A stretch of DNA of 57,417 nt from Bacteroidota bacterium (GTDB lineage Bacteria > Bacteroidota > Bacteroidia > NS11-12g > UBA955), in the NCBI GenBank assembly GCA_046301955.1, contig JBKCJE010000006.1, positions 1-57,417 on the forward strand. The letters run 5' to 3'. Shown piece by piece: positions 26,881 through 37,178 of the stretch (the stretch's first letter is position 1; every line of letters begins with the position of its first letter). Made by a program: the position numbers and the translations under genes. Below the pieces are notes generated by a model. That model ran no database searches. It saw only the letters and a list, made by a program, of their open reading frames with translations, and had not been told where the DNA came from.

Positions 26881-27432
26881 ATGGAATTGAAAGACGTTGT
26901 TTCAGTAACGGGAATGCCCGGATTGCACAAAATTTTAGGTAGAAATAAAAGCGGATTGATTTTGGAATCCCTGACCGATAACAAGCGTTTTGGAACCAAC
27001 CCAAGACAGCGTATCAGCGTGTTGAGCGATATCGCTATGTTTACCGATGACGAGGAAGTGAAATTGGCCGTTGTCTTAATGTCGATCAAAGCCCTTGAAG
27101 ATGCTGGAACTTCTATTCCAGATACAAAAGCCGACAACGATGAAGTAAAAGCTTTCATGGCGAAAGTATTGCCGAATTACGACCGCGAGCGCGTGTATAC
27201 CTCAGACATGAAGAAATTGTTCGTTTGGTATGGCATGTTGAAAGGCACTGATTTGGATTGGAGCAACCTCGACAAAGTAACCGAATCTGAGGAAGGTACC
27301 GATACAGATGCACCAAAAGCCACCGACAGCAAAGCGAAAAAATCCGCTGCTGCTCCGAAAAACACGGCCATCAAAAAGCCAGCAGCCGGTGCAAAAACCA
27401 AAACCACTACGCCCCGTAAAATGGGCAGCTAA
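26881..27432 (+). CDS. Conserved hypothetical protein (DUF5606-like by recollection) with Lys/Ala-rich H1-like tail
   Basis: MELKDVVSVTGMPGLHKILGRNKSGLILESL... The C-terminal tail is KAKKSAAAPKNTAIKKPAAGAKTKTTTPRK. Confidence 0.75.
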   Translation: MELKDVVSVTGMPGLHKILGRNKSGLILESLTDNKRFGTNPRQRISVLSDIAMFTDDEEVKLAVVLMSIKALEDAGTSIPDTKADNDEVKAFMAKVLPNYDRERVYTSDMKKLFVWYGMLKGTDLDWSNLDKVTESEEGTDTDAPKATDSKAKKSAAAPKNTAIKKPAAGAKTKTTTPRKMGS

Positions 27433-27438
27433 GGCATT

Positions 27439-29145
27439 ATGTCTACCAGTTTCCTACCCGATCCGTTCATCGTAAGCAGCAAAGACGATGTATTACCCCT
27501 GTACAATCAACTCATTGGCAGATCGCTGTCATCCATCTCCGATTTTCGCACCTTCCTGTCCGATGTAAGTGAGTTGGAAAGTGCTTTGTCAGAGGACATG
27601 GCTTGGCGGTATATCCGCATGACTTGCGATACGCAGAACAAGGACCACGAAGCCGCCTATCTCAACTTTGTGCAGGAAATACAGCCACATTTGGCCCCGT
27701 TGGAAGATCAAATCAACAAAAAGATTGTTTCTTGCGATTGGGCCGTTGCATGGCGTGCAGAATCGGAAGCCCACGAAATTTATTTGCGGGGCTTGGAAGG
27801 TGCCGTAGAATTATTCCGCGAAGAAAATATCCCGCTGCAAAGCGATTTGGCTACATTGGCCCAAGAATACAGCGCCATCCAAGGTGCAATGTCGTTGGAG
27901 TGGGAAGGACAAACCCTTACCCTACAGCAAGCGAGCAATATATTGATGCGCACCGATCGCCAAGCGCGCGAGAATGTGTGGCAATTGATGCAAACGCGAA
28001 GAGCGGAAGACACCGACAAACTCAACACCTTGTTCAATCAAATGGTGCAACTACGTCACCAAGTAGCATTGAACGCCGGTTTTGCTAACTTCCGCGACTA
28101 CATGTTCAAGGCCATGGGGCGATACGATTACAACGTCACCGCTTGTAAGGACTTCCATCGTTCGGTGGAAACCGCCGTGGTGCCATTGTTGAAAGGATTG
28201 ATGCAGCGCAGAAAGGCACAGATGGGATTAGACAGCTTGAAACCTTGGGACACACAAGTGGATCCGTTGGGTCGCGAGCCGCTGAAGCCCTTTACTGGAG
28301 GACAAGAATTGTTAGACAAAGGCATTGACTGTCTTACCCGCGTGGATTCCTTTTTTGGGGAGTGCATCAAGACCATGGAGAATCACGAACTGTTAGATTT
28401 GGATTCGCGATTGGGCAAAGCACCTGGCGGATACAACTACCCATTGGCAAAAACCAACATGCCATTTATTTTCATGAATGCAAGTGGCAATTTGCGTGAT
28501 GTAGAGACATTGGTGCATGAGGCAGGACATGCCATTCACAGTTTCCAAATGGCGCCATTGGGCTTGAACGCCTTTAAAAATACGCCGAGTGAAGTGGCAG
28601 AATTAGCCAGTATGAGCATGGAACTATTGACCATGAATACCTGGGATGCCTATTTCGATGATTCAGACTTATTGAACCGCGCCAAAGCAGAACAGTTGGA
28701 AGGCATTTTGGGCACATTGCCATGGATTGCGCAGGTGGATGCGTTTCAACACTGGATTTACGAAAATCCAAACCACACCGTAGAAGAGAGAACCGCCGCT
28801 TGGATGGATTTATCAAAGCGTTTCGGTTCAGGCGAAGTGGATTATACCGGCATGGAAGCGGCATTGGAAAACAGCTGGCACAAACAATTGCACATTTTTG
28901 AAGTACCCTTTTATTACATCGAATATGGTTTTGCCCAACTCGGGGCCATTGGGGTATGGCGCAACTACATGCAAAACGGTAGCAAGGCGATTGAATCATA
29001 CAAAGCGTTTTTGAAGTTGGGATATACCCAAAGCATCCCAAAAGTGTATGAAACCGCTGGTGTAAAATTTGATTTTTCCGCGAAGTATATCCAAGAATTG
29101 ATGCAGTTTGTTCACGACGAATTACAAGGCGTGTATCATAGTTAA
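27439..29145 (+). CDS. M3-family oligoendopeptidase (PepF-like)
   Basis: HEAGHAIH zinc motif (HExxH) with a downstream E (EVAELASMSMELL). 568 aa, the typical M3B length. Confidence 0.9.
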   Translation: MSTSFLPDPFIVSSKDDVLPLYNQLIGRSLSSISDFRTFLSDVSELESALSEDMAWRYIRMTCDTQNKDHEAAYLNFVQEIQPHLAPLEDQINKKIVSCDWAVAWRAESEAHEIYLRGLEGAVELFREENIPLQSDLATLAQEYSAIQGAMSLEWEGQTLTLQQASNILMRTDRQARENVWQLMQTRRAEDTDKLNTLFNQMVQLRHQVALNAGFANFRDYMFKAMGRYDYNVTACKDFHRSVETAVVPLLKGLMQRRKAQMGLDSLKPWDTQVDPLGREPLKPFTGGQELLDKGIDCLTRVDSFFGECIKTMENHELLDLDSRLGKAPGGYNYPLAKTNMPFIFMNASGNLRDVETLVHEAGHAIHSFQMAPLGLNAFKNTPSEVAELASMSMELLTMNTWDAYFDDSDLLNRAKAEQLEGILGTLPWIAQVDAFQHWIYENPNHTVEERTAAWMDLSKRFGSGEVDYTGMEAALENSWHKQLHIFEVPFYYIEYGFAQLGAIGVWRNYMQNGSKAIESYKAFLKLGYTQSIPKVYETAGVKFDFSAKYIQELMQFVHDELQGVYHS

Positions 29146-29242
29146 CCAGGGACTTTCAACCCAGTTTTTAAGCACAGCGTTCGTTGAACGTCATTTTATC
29201 GCCAAGTTGTAGCTCACACATAAAAAAAGCAAAGAACAGACG

Positions 29243-29250
29243 TAAATTTG
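29243..29250 (+). promoter_or_regulatory. Candidate -7 promoter box TAAATTTG (near-leaderless)
   Basis: TAAATTTG-CGCCGC-ATG(29257). Confidence 0.4.
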
Positions 29251-29256
29251 CGCCGC

Positions 29257-30324
29257 ATGAAAAAATTATTGTTCCTTGCGATGAGCGTTGTTGCGTTCAA
29301 TGTTACCATCGCCCAAAAAATTGATTTGGACCGTGTTTTTGTCGCACACCAATATCGCGATTTGCCATCTACCCCTTTGGACAGTACCTGGAGAACTTAC
29401 AACATTCGCGTTGAAGTACCTAGCACCATTTCTGGAGCGATGTCTTCCTCTTCCATTGAAGACCGCATCAACTTGCAAGGTTGGAAAAAGGTTTACGGTG
29501 GCGGACACGCCCAATTGACTGTGAATTTTGATGATTTGATGTTCGATGGACAGAAGATTGAAAATCGCAAAGAAGAAATCAAGAACAAAGAAGGCGTAGT
29601 CACTGCGACCAACTACTACTATTGGTCTGTGGTAAAATACAGCATTGGGGGCACATATTCAGCCAAAGATTGGCAGGAGAATGCGTTGATCAACCGCACC
29701 AACATCAACGGCACGAGCTCTACCCAAATGGAATGGAAAAGTCCTGAATTCAGAAGCATGGGTGAAGCGGATCGCTATTTCAGCAACAACCGAGCTGCCA
29801 TCTCTAACAAATTGGTGAAAGACCACATGGAAACCATGTTGGCCAACATCAACAACAGCATCAACGACAAATACGGATTCCCTGTGAGCACAGATCAAGT
29901 TACTTTGTGGACCACCGATTCAAAGAAGCACCCTGAAAATGTGGCATTCATTGAGAACATGACCAAAATGAAGGCCAGCATCGCCAAGGTAACGGCCAAC
30001 GGCATTGATGCCGCGACCCGCGCCGAGTTGATGAGCAGCATCGAGTACATGACAGGTGTTAAAGGCAAGTATGCCACTGAGGACAAGGGTGATCGCAAAT
30101 TGCGTTATGCTTGTTCTTATAACAATGCGGTTTTGTACACCATTTTGGATATGCCCGACAAAGCCATTGAAGAGTGCAATGCTCTGATTGCCAACGACTA
30201 CGATGTAAAAGATGGCGAAAAGATGATTGAAAAATTGAACGCGGTGAAGGCATTGATGGCCAAAAACAACAAGGTGAGCCGTCATTATTCTATCGACACC
30301 AGCAAGTTCAACACGCCGAACTAA
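29257..30324 (+). CDS. Hypothetical secreted protein
   Basis: Signal peptide MKKLLFLAMSVVAFNVTIAQ. The track start 29248 is a TTG. No catalytic motif was seen, and the C-terminus looks TPR-like and helical. Confidence 0.75.
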   Translation: MKKLLFLAMSVVAFNVTIAQKIDLDRVFVAHQYRDLPSTPLDSTWRTYNIRVEVPSTISGAMSSSSIEDRINLQGWKKVYGGGHAQLTVNFDDLMFDGQKIENRKEEIKNKEGVVTATNYYYWSVVKYSIGGTYSAKDWQENALINRTNINGTSSTQMEWKSPEFRSMGEADRYFSNNRAAISNKLVKDHMETMLANINNSINDKYGFPVSTDQVTLWTTDSKKHPENVAFIENMTKMKASIAKVTANGIDAATRAELMSSIEYMTGVKGKYATEDKGDRKLRYACSYNNAVLYTILDMPDKAIEECNALIANDYDVKDGEKMIEKLNAVKALMAKNNKVSRHYSIDTSKFNTPN

Positions 30325-30367
30325 TTCTATTCGAATAAATCGAATTCGCCGAAAGGGTGAATGATAA

Positions 30368-30404
30368 AACAGAAAAGGCCCCGTATGGGGCCTTTTCTGT
30401 TTTA
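30368..30404. terminator. Bidirectional rho-independent terminator
   Basis: AACAGAAAAGGCCCC-GTAT-GGGGCCTTTTCTGTT, a perfect 15-bp stem with A/T tracts on both sides, between convergent genes. Confidence 0.9.
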
Positions 30405-30496
30405 TTGCTGATTGGATTGAGCAACTAAATTACATTTCCGCTTAGCACGATTCGCATTTTCAATACCCATTCGGGGCAATTAAATCAATGCTGGGA

Positions 30497-31621
30497 TTAC
30501 AAATTACCGCGGCTGGCTTGCTCGCGCTCAATGCTTTCGAACAAGGCCTTGAAATTCCCTTTTCCGAAGCTCTTGGCACCTTTACGCTGTATGATTTCAT
30601 AAAACAACGTGGGACGATCTTCCACCGGCTTGGTGAAAATCTGCAACAAATACCCGCTATCATCACGATCCACAAGGATATTCATTTTTTTCAAGGACTC
30701 TAAATCCTCCTGAATATCACCCACACGATCCAAAACATCATCATAGTAGGTTTCTGGAACGTAGAGAAATTCTACGCCTCTACGACGTAAATCTGCAACT
30801 GTTTCTAGGATATCATCGGTTTCAACGGCGATGTGTTGCACACCAGGACCGCGATAAAAATCCAAATACTCTTCAATTTGAGACTTCTTTTTTCCGTCGG
30901 CTGGCTCGTTGATTGGGAACTTAACATACCCATTTCCGTTGCTCACCACCTTACTCATCAAAGCGCTGTATTCTGTGCTGATGTCCTTATCGTCGAAGGT
31001 CAACAACAACTTAAAGCCCATTACATTCTCATAAAATTCAACCCACTCATCCATTTTCCCCAACTCCACATTTCCAACGCAGTGATCTACGTATTTTAGT
31101 CCCACTGGGGTTACATCCATCGCGTTTGGCACGGCTTTGTAACCTGGCAAAAAGGGACCTGTATAATTTTTACGCTCAACAAACTTGTGAACGGTTTCTC
31201 CGTAGGTATAAATACCACTCACGACAACGGTTCCGAACTCATCTTCCATGGTGGTGGGCTCCATATAAGGCCTTGCACCGCGCTTCACAGTTTCGTTAAA
31301 ACTCGCTGTTGCATCATCTACCCAAAGACTCAAGAACTTCACGCCATCGCCATGCTGTGATTGATGCTTTGTCACTTCGCTATTTGGATCCATCGAGGTG
31401 GTCAACACCAAACGGATTTTGTCTTGCTGAAGCACATAACTTGCGCGATCTCTCACTCCGGTTTCTGGACCAGCGTAAGCAATCAACTTATAGCCCCAAG
31501 CGGTTTGATAATAGTAGGCGCTCTGTTTGGCATTGCCCACATAAAATTCCAAGTGATCCGTACCATTTAAGGGTAAAAAATCCACTTCGGTGGCTACTGT
31601 TTCTAAGGTTGATGTTTCCAT
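30497..31621 (-). CDS. hppD: 4-hydroxyphenylpyruvate dioxygenase
   Basis: Two-VOC-domain protein: HLEFYVGNAKQSAYYY, HGDGVKFLSLWVDD, VDHCVGNVELGKMDEWVEFY, GVQHIAVETDDI, LLQIFTKPVEDRPTLFYEIIQR. Confidence 0.95.
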   Translation of the reverse strand: METSTLETVATEVDFLPLNGTDHLEFYVGNAKQSAYYYQTAWGYKLIAYAGPETGVRDRASYVLQQDKIRLVLTTSMDPNSEVTKHQSQHGDGVKFLSLWVDDATASFNETVKRGARPYMEPTTMEDEFGTVVVSGIYTYGETVHKFVERKNYTGPFLPGYKAVPNAMDVTPVGLKYVDHCVGNVELGKMDEWVEFYENVMGFKLLLTFDDKDISTEYSALMSKVVSNGNGYVKFPINEPADGKKKSQIEEYLDFYRGPGVQHIAVETDDILETVADLRRRGVEFLYVPETYYDDVLDRVGDIQEDLESLKKMNILVDRDDSGYLLQIFTKPVEDRPTLFYEIIQRKGAKSFGKGNFKALFESIEREQASRGNL

Positions 31622-31644
31622 GGTGTTGAAAGTTCAATAAAATA

Positions 31645-31652
31645 CAAATTTA
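31645..31652 (-). promoter_or_regulatory. Candidate -7 promoter box TAAATTTG for hppD
   Basis: Minus strand reads TAAATTTG, 23 nt upstream of ATG 31621. Confidence 0.4.
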
Positions 31653-31726
31653 CGAAATCTGTATGGGAATTGCGCAAGATTAGTGCCCCGACCGATGGTT
31701 TGGACAGATTTATTGGTAATGGGTCA

Positions 31727-34189
31727 TTAATTGGGGTCTACAACCACATCGATGCGCACGGCGCGCCAAGCGGCATGGGCCAGGGCGGTTTCTCGGGCCC
31801 GTTGGATTAGGTCTTTGGTGGCGTTCACTTTGGCGTTTTCCTTGGGGATTTTCACCACGATTTGTTGGATGAAGCGGTTTTTCACGCGGGCAACGGAAGG
31901 CACTTGCGGACCCAAAATGCGATCACCGAGTGATTTTTTGAGTTGATCGGCCAGCCAACGGCTGGCCTCAGTGGCCGTTTGGGCATCGGTGTGCTTTACA
32001 TCAATTTTCAGCAATTTGGTAAAGGGGGGATAGCCAAACGATTCGCGGTGCACGAGTTCATTGGCCATCAGGCCACGGTAGTCGTCTTCGGCAAGCGCCC
32101 GCAGCACTTCGTGCTGCGGCTGGTGCGTTTGTAGCATCATCAGGCCGCGCTCCGCGCGCCTGCCCACCCTACCCAACAATTGTTGCAACTGCTGAAACGC
32201 CCGCTCGTGACTGCGAAAATCGGGAATGTGCAACAACATATCGGTATCCGGAACCACCACCAAGCCAATGTTCTCAATATCAATGCCCTTCGCCAACAAC
32301 TGTGTCCCAACCAACACATCTATTTCCCCACGCTCAAAGGCCATGAGAATCTTCTGAAAATCATCGCGCTTGCGCAAACTTTGTTGATCAAACCTGCCCA
32401 CCCTAGCCATTGGAAACAAGGCCATCAATTCTTCCGCCAACTTCTCTGTCCCTGTGCCCTTCAATTGCAAACTCTGAGAACCACACGCCACACATTTTGC
32501 CGGCACAGCTTGCTGATACCCGCAATAACTGCATCGTTGGTTGTCGCTACTTTTATAATAGGTAAGCGATATATCACAGTGCTTGCATTGGGTGGTTAAC
32601 CCGCAATCCTCACATTCGATATAGGGCACATACCCTTTTCTGTTGTGGTACACCACAACCCGCTGCTTCAGTTCCAGGGCTTTGGCGATGGCTATTTTCA
32701 CCGGTTCTGAGAACAAGCCATTCATTTGTCCGACCTTCTTCAATTCCCCGACCGATAAAAACATGAGTTCTGCGGGTTTTCCGCCATCGTACTTCAGGTG
32801 CAGTTCGGCCATGTGCACGCGTTGTAACATCACGGCATGCTGCATTTCATAACTAGGCGTAGCAGACCCCATGAGCAAATGGGCTCCATGGATTTTCGCC
32901 AACTGAAAGGCCGCATCCCGCCCGTGATAAAATGGTTTTTTGTCGAACTGCTTATAACTCCACTCATGCTCCTCATCCACCACCACCAGTCCTAGATCGG
33001 TGAAGGGGGCAAAGACGGCGCCTTTGGTACCCACCACAAATTGGACTTGATTTTTGAGGATGCGATCGTACAACTCTGTGCGTTCATGGGAGCTATAGAA
33101 GTGGTGCCAAACCCCAATTTCTTGGGGGATAAACGCGCGCATTTTGGCCACGAGGTGTTCTGTAAGGGCCACTTCTGGCAGCAGGTAGAGTACTTGTTTG
33201 CCTTGGGCGAGGATTTCTTTGACAAACTCCATGTACACGTGGGTTTTTCCCGAACCCGTTACACCAAACAGCAAGACAGGTTTTTGTTGGGCAAAGGCTT
33301 CTTGGATGAGGGATTTTGCGTTGAGTTGTTCAGGGGTGAGGGCGAATTTTTGTTCGCCGCCGCGGATCACCTGAAGGTGATCGCGGCGGCGCTTCTGTAT
33401 CACCACCAACTCCTTCTTCTCCAACTGTTTTAGCACCGTTCGATCCAACGCCATCCCCTTCACCAAATCAGCCACCGCCAACTCCCGCTTTCCCGTGCCC
33501 AACACCTGCATAATGGCTTCGTATTGCTTGGGGGCCTTCCGCTCCAATGCATTCAGCCGCAAATTGGCCAACTCGGCATCCTCCCACAAGCTACTCAAAC
33601 TCAAAAACTCTTCAAATTTGGGACGATAGTTCTCCTTCAACTCCTCCTCCATTACCACCAAACCCCGCAAATACAAAGACTTCACATGCTTCAACACATT
33701 CTTCACACCCAATTTCTGGTGGATCTCATCCAATGATACACCGTCTTTCTTCCCCAACAATTCCAAAATCTGCCACTCCATCTCCTCTACATCCACTTTG
33801 CTCACGGTTTCCAAATCCGCATCTGGATGCAACAAAATCTTGGTTTCACTTTGCAATCGATAGCCCGCCGGCAAGGCCGTTGCCATCACCTCGCCCATGT
33901 AGCACATGTAATACTTCGATACCCACTGCCAAAACTGCAATTGCTTTTGGTTGACAATGGGCGATTCATCCAGTACATCCAACAAATAACTCGCCTGATA
34001 ACCCTCCGGCGGTGAATCGCTCAAAGACAGAATAATTCCAGCGTAAATCTTCTTTGGCCCAAACTGAACAGCCACGCGCAATCCCTCGTGAATCCAATCG
34101 TTCCAATCATGCGGAACCCTATAAGTATAGGCCTTTGGCACCGGCACAGGCACCAGCACATGGGCAAAAAGGGTTTGCAATTCCGACAC
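31727..34189 (-). CDS. priA: Primosomal protein N' (replication restart helicase PriA)
   Basis: GTG start at 34189. FAHVLVPVPVPKAYTYRVP, Walker A GVTGSGKT, DEEHEWSYKQ, and the Cys-rich Zn-binding insert CEDCGLTTQCKHCDISLTYY...CSYCGY...CVACGS. Confidence 0.95.
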   Translation of the reverse strand: MSELQTLFAHVLVPVPVPKAYTYRVPHDWNDWIHEGLRVAVQFGPKKIYAGIILSLSDSPPEGYQASYLLDVLDESPIVNQKQLQFWQWVSKYYMCYMGEVMATALPAGYRLQSETKILLHPDADLETVSKVDVEEMEWQILELLGKKDGVSLDEIHQKLGVKNVLKHVKSLYLRGLVVMEEELKENYRPKFEEFLSLSSLWEDAELANLRLNALERKAPKQYEAIMQVLGTGKRELAVADLVKGMALDRTVLKQLEKKELVVIQKRRRDHLQVIRGGEQKFALTPEQLNAKSLIQEAFAQQKPVLLFGVTGSGKTHVYMEFVKEILAQGKQVLYLLPEVALTEHLVAKMRAFIPQEIGVWHHFYSSHERTELYDRILKNQVQFVVGTKGAVFAPFTDLGLVVVDEEHEWSYKQFDKKPFYHGRDAAFQLAKIHGAHLLMGSATPSYEMQHAVMLQRVHMAELHLKYDGGKPAELMFLSVGELKKVGQMNGLFSEPVKIAIAKALELKQRVVVYHNRKGYVPYIECEDCGLTTQCKHCDISLTYYKSSDNQRCSYCGYQQAVPAKCVACGSQSLQLKGTGTEKLAEELMALFPMARVGRFDQQSLRKRDDFQKILMAFERGEIDVLVGTQLLAKGIDIENIGLVVVPDTDMLLHIPDFRSHERAFQQLQQLLGRVGRRAERGLMMLQTHQPQHEVLRALAEDDYRGLMANELVHRESFGYPPFTKLLKIDVKHTDAQTATEASRWLADQLKKSLGDRILGPQVPSVARVKNRFIQQIVVKIPKENAKVNATKDLIQRARETALAHAAWRAVRIDVVVDPN

Positions 34190-34228
34190 TACCGCAAGTT
34201 ACAAATTATTTCCCGACCGGGCCGATTT

Positions 34229-35125
34229 CTACTGCAATACTATACTCAACAAATGCACAACAATGCCCAACTTCAAAAAGGCATCCATAACAGGAATTTT
34301 TTTATCATCGCGAATGAAAAACATCCCCCACGACACCCAAAACCCTGTAAACAGTGAAACACCAGAAATCATCAAGTAATAATCCGGACGCCAGTTGGGC
34401 AACACAGGATCCACTTTCTGAATCCAATTCAGCACCACATACATGATCAAAAAACCGGTGTTCATGGCCACCAGACCCCATCGCGTTCTGCGAACCCCAG
34501 CTGCAACCACCACCGTTTTATACCCAAAAATCAAATTGCCCTTGTGTCCGGCCATGTCCTTCACCACCTCCCTCGTAAACAACAAAATCGCCAAACTCCC
34601 CATGTAATAGAACATCCCCCAATGCCAATGACCAAAATGAAACCAAATGGCCAACAAAGGAATCATCGTCAACAAGCTCGCCGAAACCTCCCTAAACACT
34701 GGTAACTTCTGCAATTTGTGGCTATGGAACCAACAAAACACTGTGTATCCAACAAAGAAAACCATCACCCGCAGCGACGCCATCATGGCGAAAGCCACCG
34801 CCAAAAAGTTCAGGGCAACATACAAATTCAACAAACTCCCTTCCTTGAGTAACTTGCCCATCAACACCTGTTTTGGCTTGTTCACCAAATCCTTGTCTAC
34901 ATCGTAAAACGCATTGATAATAAAGGCTGCAGCCACAGAAAATACACTCGCCACCACAATGCAATGCAACTTGAAATCATAGAAAACCCTCCCCAATTCA
35001 TGTCCGGAAAACGCCAACCAAAACAACAAATACTGAGACGCCGCAATCAGCGCCAAGTTGTACCAGCGCACCACGCCGAGTAACAATAAAAACCCCGTAA
35101 TATGCTTTTTGCGAATGCCGAGCAT
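34229..35125 (-). CDS. UbiA-superfamily prenyltransferase (DGGGP-synthase-like family common next to mevalonate kinase in Flavobacteriia)
   Basis: 298 aa, about 8-9 TM segments. The first Asp-rich motif NAFYDVDKD is at 34889..34915. The second-motif region reads REVVKDMAGHKGN, which is atypical (see findings). It is the last gene of the mevalonate operon. Confidence 0.8.
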   Translation of the reverse strand: MLGIRKKHITGFLLLLGVVRWYNLALIAASQYLLFWLAFSGHELGRVFYDFKLHCIVVASVFSVAAAFIINAFYDVDKDLVNKPKQVLMGKLLKEGSLLNLYVALNFLAVAFAMMASLRVMVFFVGYTVFCWFHSHKLQKLPVFREVSASLLTMIPLLAIWFHFGHWHWGMFYYMGSLAILLFTREVVKDMAGHKGNLIFGYKTVVVAAGVRRTRWGLVAMNTGFLIMYVVLNWIQKVDPVLPNWRPDYYLMISGVSLFTGFWVSWGMFFIRDDKKIPVMDAFLKLGIVVHLLSIVLQ

Positions 35126-35131
35126 GGGCGA

Positions 35132-36082
35132 TTACATTTTGTAAATCACCTGCAATTTATGCTCTTTCAACAAAGATTCTGCTTTTTCAAAATCTTGGGT
35201 AAATCCCAATATAAATCCTCCTCCTCCACTGCCACACAACTTCAAATAATACGCGCCACTTTCAATACCCTGCCGCCAAACTTGTTCAAAATGATCGGGA
35301 ATCATGGGCCTGAAATTGTCTAACAACAACTGCGACAATCCCTTCAAATGTCCAAACAACTGTGTTACATCGCCCTTCAAGAAAGACTTCACACAATCGT
35401 CGTTCTGTTTCTTCAACTGCGTTTTTACCATGTTCCTGAAACCATCGTCTTTCAAACGGTTCAAGAAAATCGACACCATATTTTGTGTTTTCCCGGGCGA
35501 TCCAGAGTTCATCAAAAAGATGGCTCCTTTGCCTTCAGCGTTCTCCGTAGGAATACCCACCGTGCCCAAATCGCCCTGACCTTTGATCAAAATGGGCAAA
35601 TTCAAGTAGCAAATCAATGGATCCAAGCCAGAGCTTTTGCCATGAAAAAACGATTCCAATTTCGCCAAAGTGGCTTTCAACTCACTCAACCGATCTCCCT
35701 GCATGATATCTGCCTGGGCGATGGGGGCAAAAGCATATTGATTGTAAATCGCCGCCACCAATGCGCCCGAACTGCCTACACCAAACCCTTGGGGAATGCT
35801 ACTATCGAAATACAAACCCGCATCCAAATCGCGCTGAAGGCGTGCAAAATCAAATTCACAAGGCAATTCACCTTGAGTCTCTAACAAATGCAAATGTCCC
35901 ACAAACGCACGAATGCTCTCGTTGGAATTGCGCTGAACCTCGTTGGGCGTAGCCGCAAAATCAAAACTGCCTTTGAAAAAATGATAAGGAATACTCAACC
36001 CCATAGAATCTTCAATGATTCCATATTCGCCAAACAACAAAATCTTGGCGTAGTAGAGTGAGTCTTTGATCATTTCTGCCAT
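35132..36082 (-). CDS. GHMP-family kinase, probable mevalonate kinase
   Basis: AKILLFGEYGIIEDS N-terminal motif and GHMP motif II IPQGFGVGSSGALVAA. It is adjacent to the decarboxylase gene. Confidence 0.75.
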   Translation of the reverse strand: MAEMIKDSLYYAKILLFGEYGIIEDSMGLSIPYHFFKGSFDFAATPNEVQRNSNESIRAFVGHLHLLETQGELPCEFDFARLQRDLDAGLYFDSSIPQGFGVGSSGALVAAIYNQYAFAPIAQADIMQGDRLSELKATLAKLESFFHGKSSGLDPLICYLNLPILIKGQGDLGTVGIPTENAEGKGAIFLMNSGSPGKTQNMVSIFLNRLKDDGFRNMVKTQLKKQNDDCVKSFLKGDVTQLFGHLKGLSQLLLDNFRPMIPDHFEQVWRQGIESGAYYLKLCGSGGGGFILGFTQDFEKAESLLKEHKLQVIYKM

Positions 36083-36083
36083 T

Positions 36084-37178
36084 CTATACTATAGCAACCG
36101 GACGTTTTCCTGTTGTACTGCAAAGATACTGTCCATTCTTGCAATATGATAACAACGTATTATTCACAAAGTTCATGAGCGTCTCATCTATTTTGCCATC
36201 ATAGAGCAGGTGCACATTGGCCCCCGCGTCCAAGGTAAAGCAAAGAGGAAGTCCAGACGATTCTCTGAACTGCCATATTTTCTCGATGATGGCCAGGGTA
36301 TTCGGACGCATCAACACATAATACGGGAGCGATGTCATCATCATGGAATGCAATTGCAACGCCTCTGATTCTACGATGGCTATAAATTGCTGCACGTCGC
36401 CATTCCGCATGGCTTCAACCAACAAGCCCAAATTCTTTTGCGCCTGCCCAAATCGCGCCGTAGCATAGGGATGGGCCTCTAACAAAGCATGTCCCGCCGT
36501 ACTACTCACCGATTTTTCTCCGTCATCTACAATCAATACCACATCTTTCCAACCCTGCAAATGGGGATGAATATCGCCATCCAAAGGCACCGCAAACAAA
36601 TCACTGCTTCCCGATACCGCATCAGATAGACCCCAAACCGCGGGCTTATCAAACATAGACCTACAAGCACTGCCTGAACCAATGCGCGACAAATAACTAC
36701 TCCGCTGCCAGAAGTCCATGTCCTGAATACGCGCGCTCAAATCTGTTGAACCGTGAATCAACTGCTCTATGTGCGCCAAACACAGCCCCAACGCACCAAA
36801 ACCTGCTGCAGAACTCGCGATTCCGGTACCGTGAGGAAAATTGTTTTGCGAATCAATGTGCAAGGTAAAATCCTCCAACCAAGGACAGTCTGATGCTATT
36901 TTCGACAAAAAACTGGCAATTTTAGGCTCAAACGACGGTTTCAACTCACCTGCCAAGGTAAACACAAACGCTTGTCCATTTTCCCTGGGCAATGCATTCA
37001 CTACGGTTGAAGCGTACAAATCGCCCAGACTCCAACTGATGCTGGGATTGGCAGGCAATTGCACCCCGCCCGACTTTTTCCCCCAGTATTTCACCAAGGC
37101 GATGTTCGATGGACATTGGTATCCCGCGCTATACACGGCATTAGTCTCTGTATGATGTTGTGCTTGCTCCACGTTCAT
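36084..37178 (-). CDS. mvaD: Diphosphomevalonate decarboxylase
   Basis: PSNIALVKYWGKK...ANPSIS, NNFPHGTGIASSAAGFGAL and FTLDAGANVHLLY are canonical MVD motifs. Confidence 0.9.
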   Translation of the reverse strand: MNVEQAQHHTETNAVYSAGYQCPSNIALVKYWGKKSGGVQLPANPSISWSLGDLYASTVVNALPRENGQAFVFTLAGELKPSFEPKIASFLSKIASDCPWLEDFTLHIDSQNNFPHGTGIASSAAGFGALGLCLAHIEQLIHGSTDLSARIQDMDFWQRSSYLSRIGSGSACRSMFDKPAVWGLSDAVSGSSDLFAVPLDGDIHPHLQGWKDVVLIVDDGEKSVSSTAGHALLEAHPYATARFGQAQKNLGLLVEAMRNGDVQQFIAIVESEALQLHSMMMTSLPYYVLMRPNTLAIIEKIWQFRESSGLPLCFTLDAGANVHLLYDGKIDETLMNFVNNTLLSYCKNGQYLCSTTGKRPVAIV

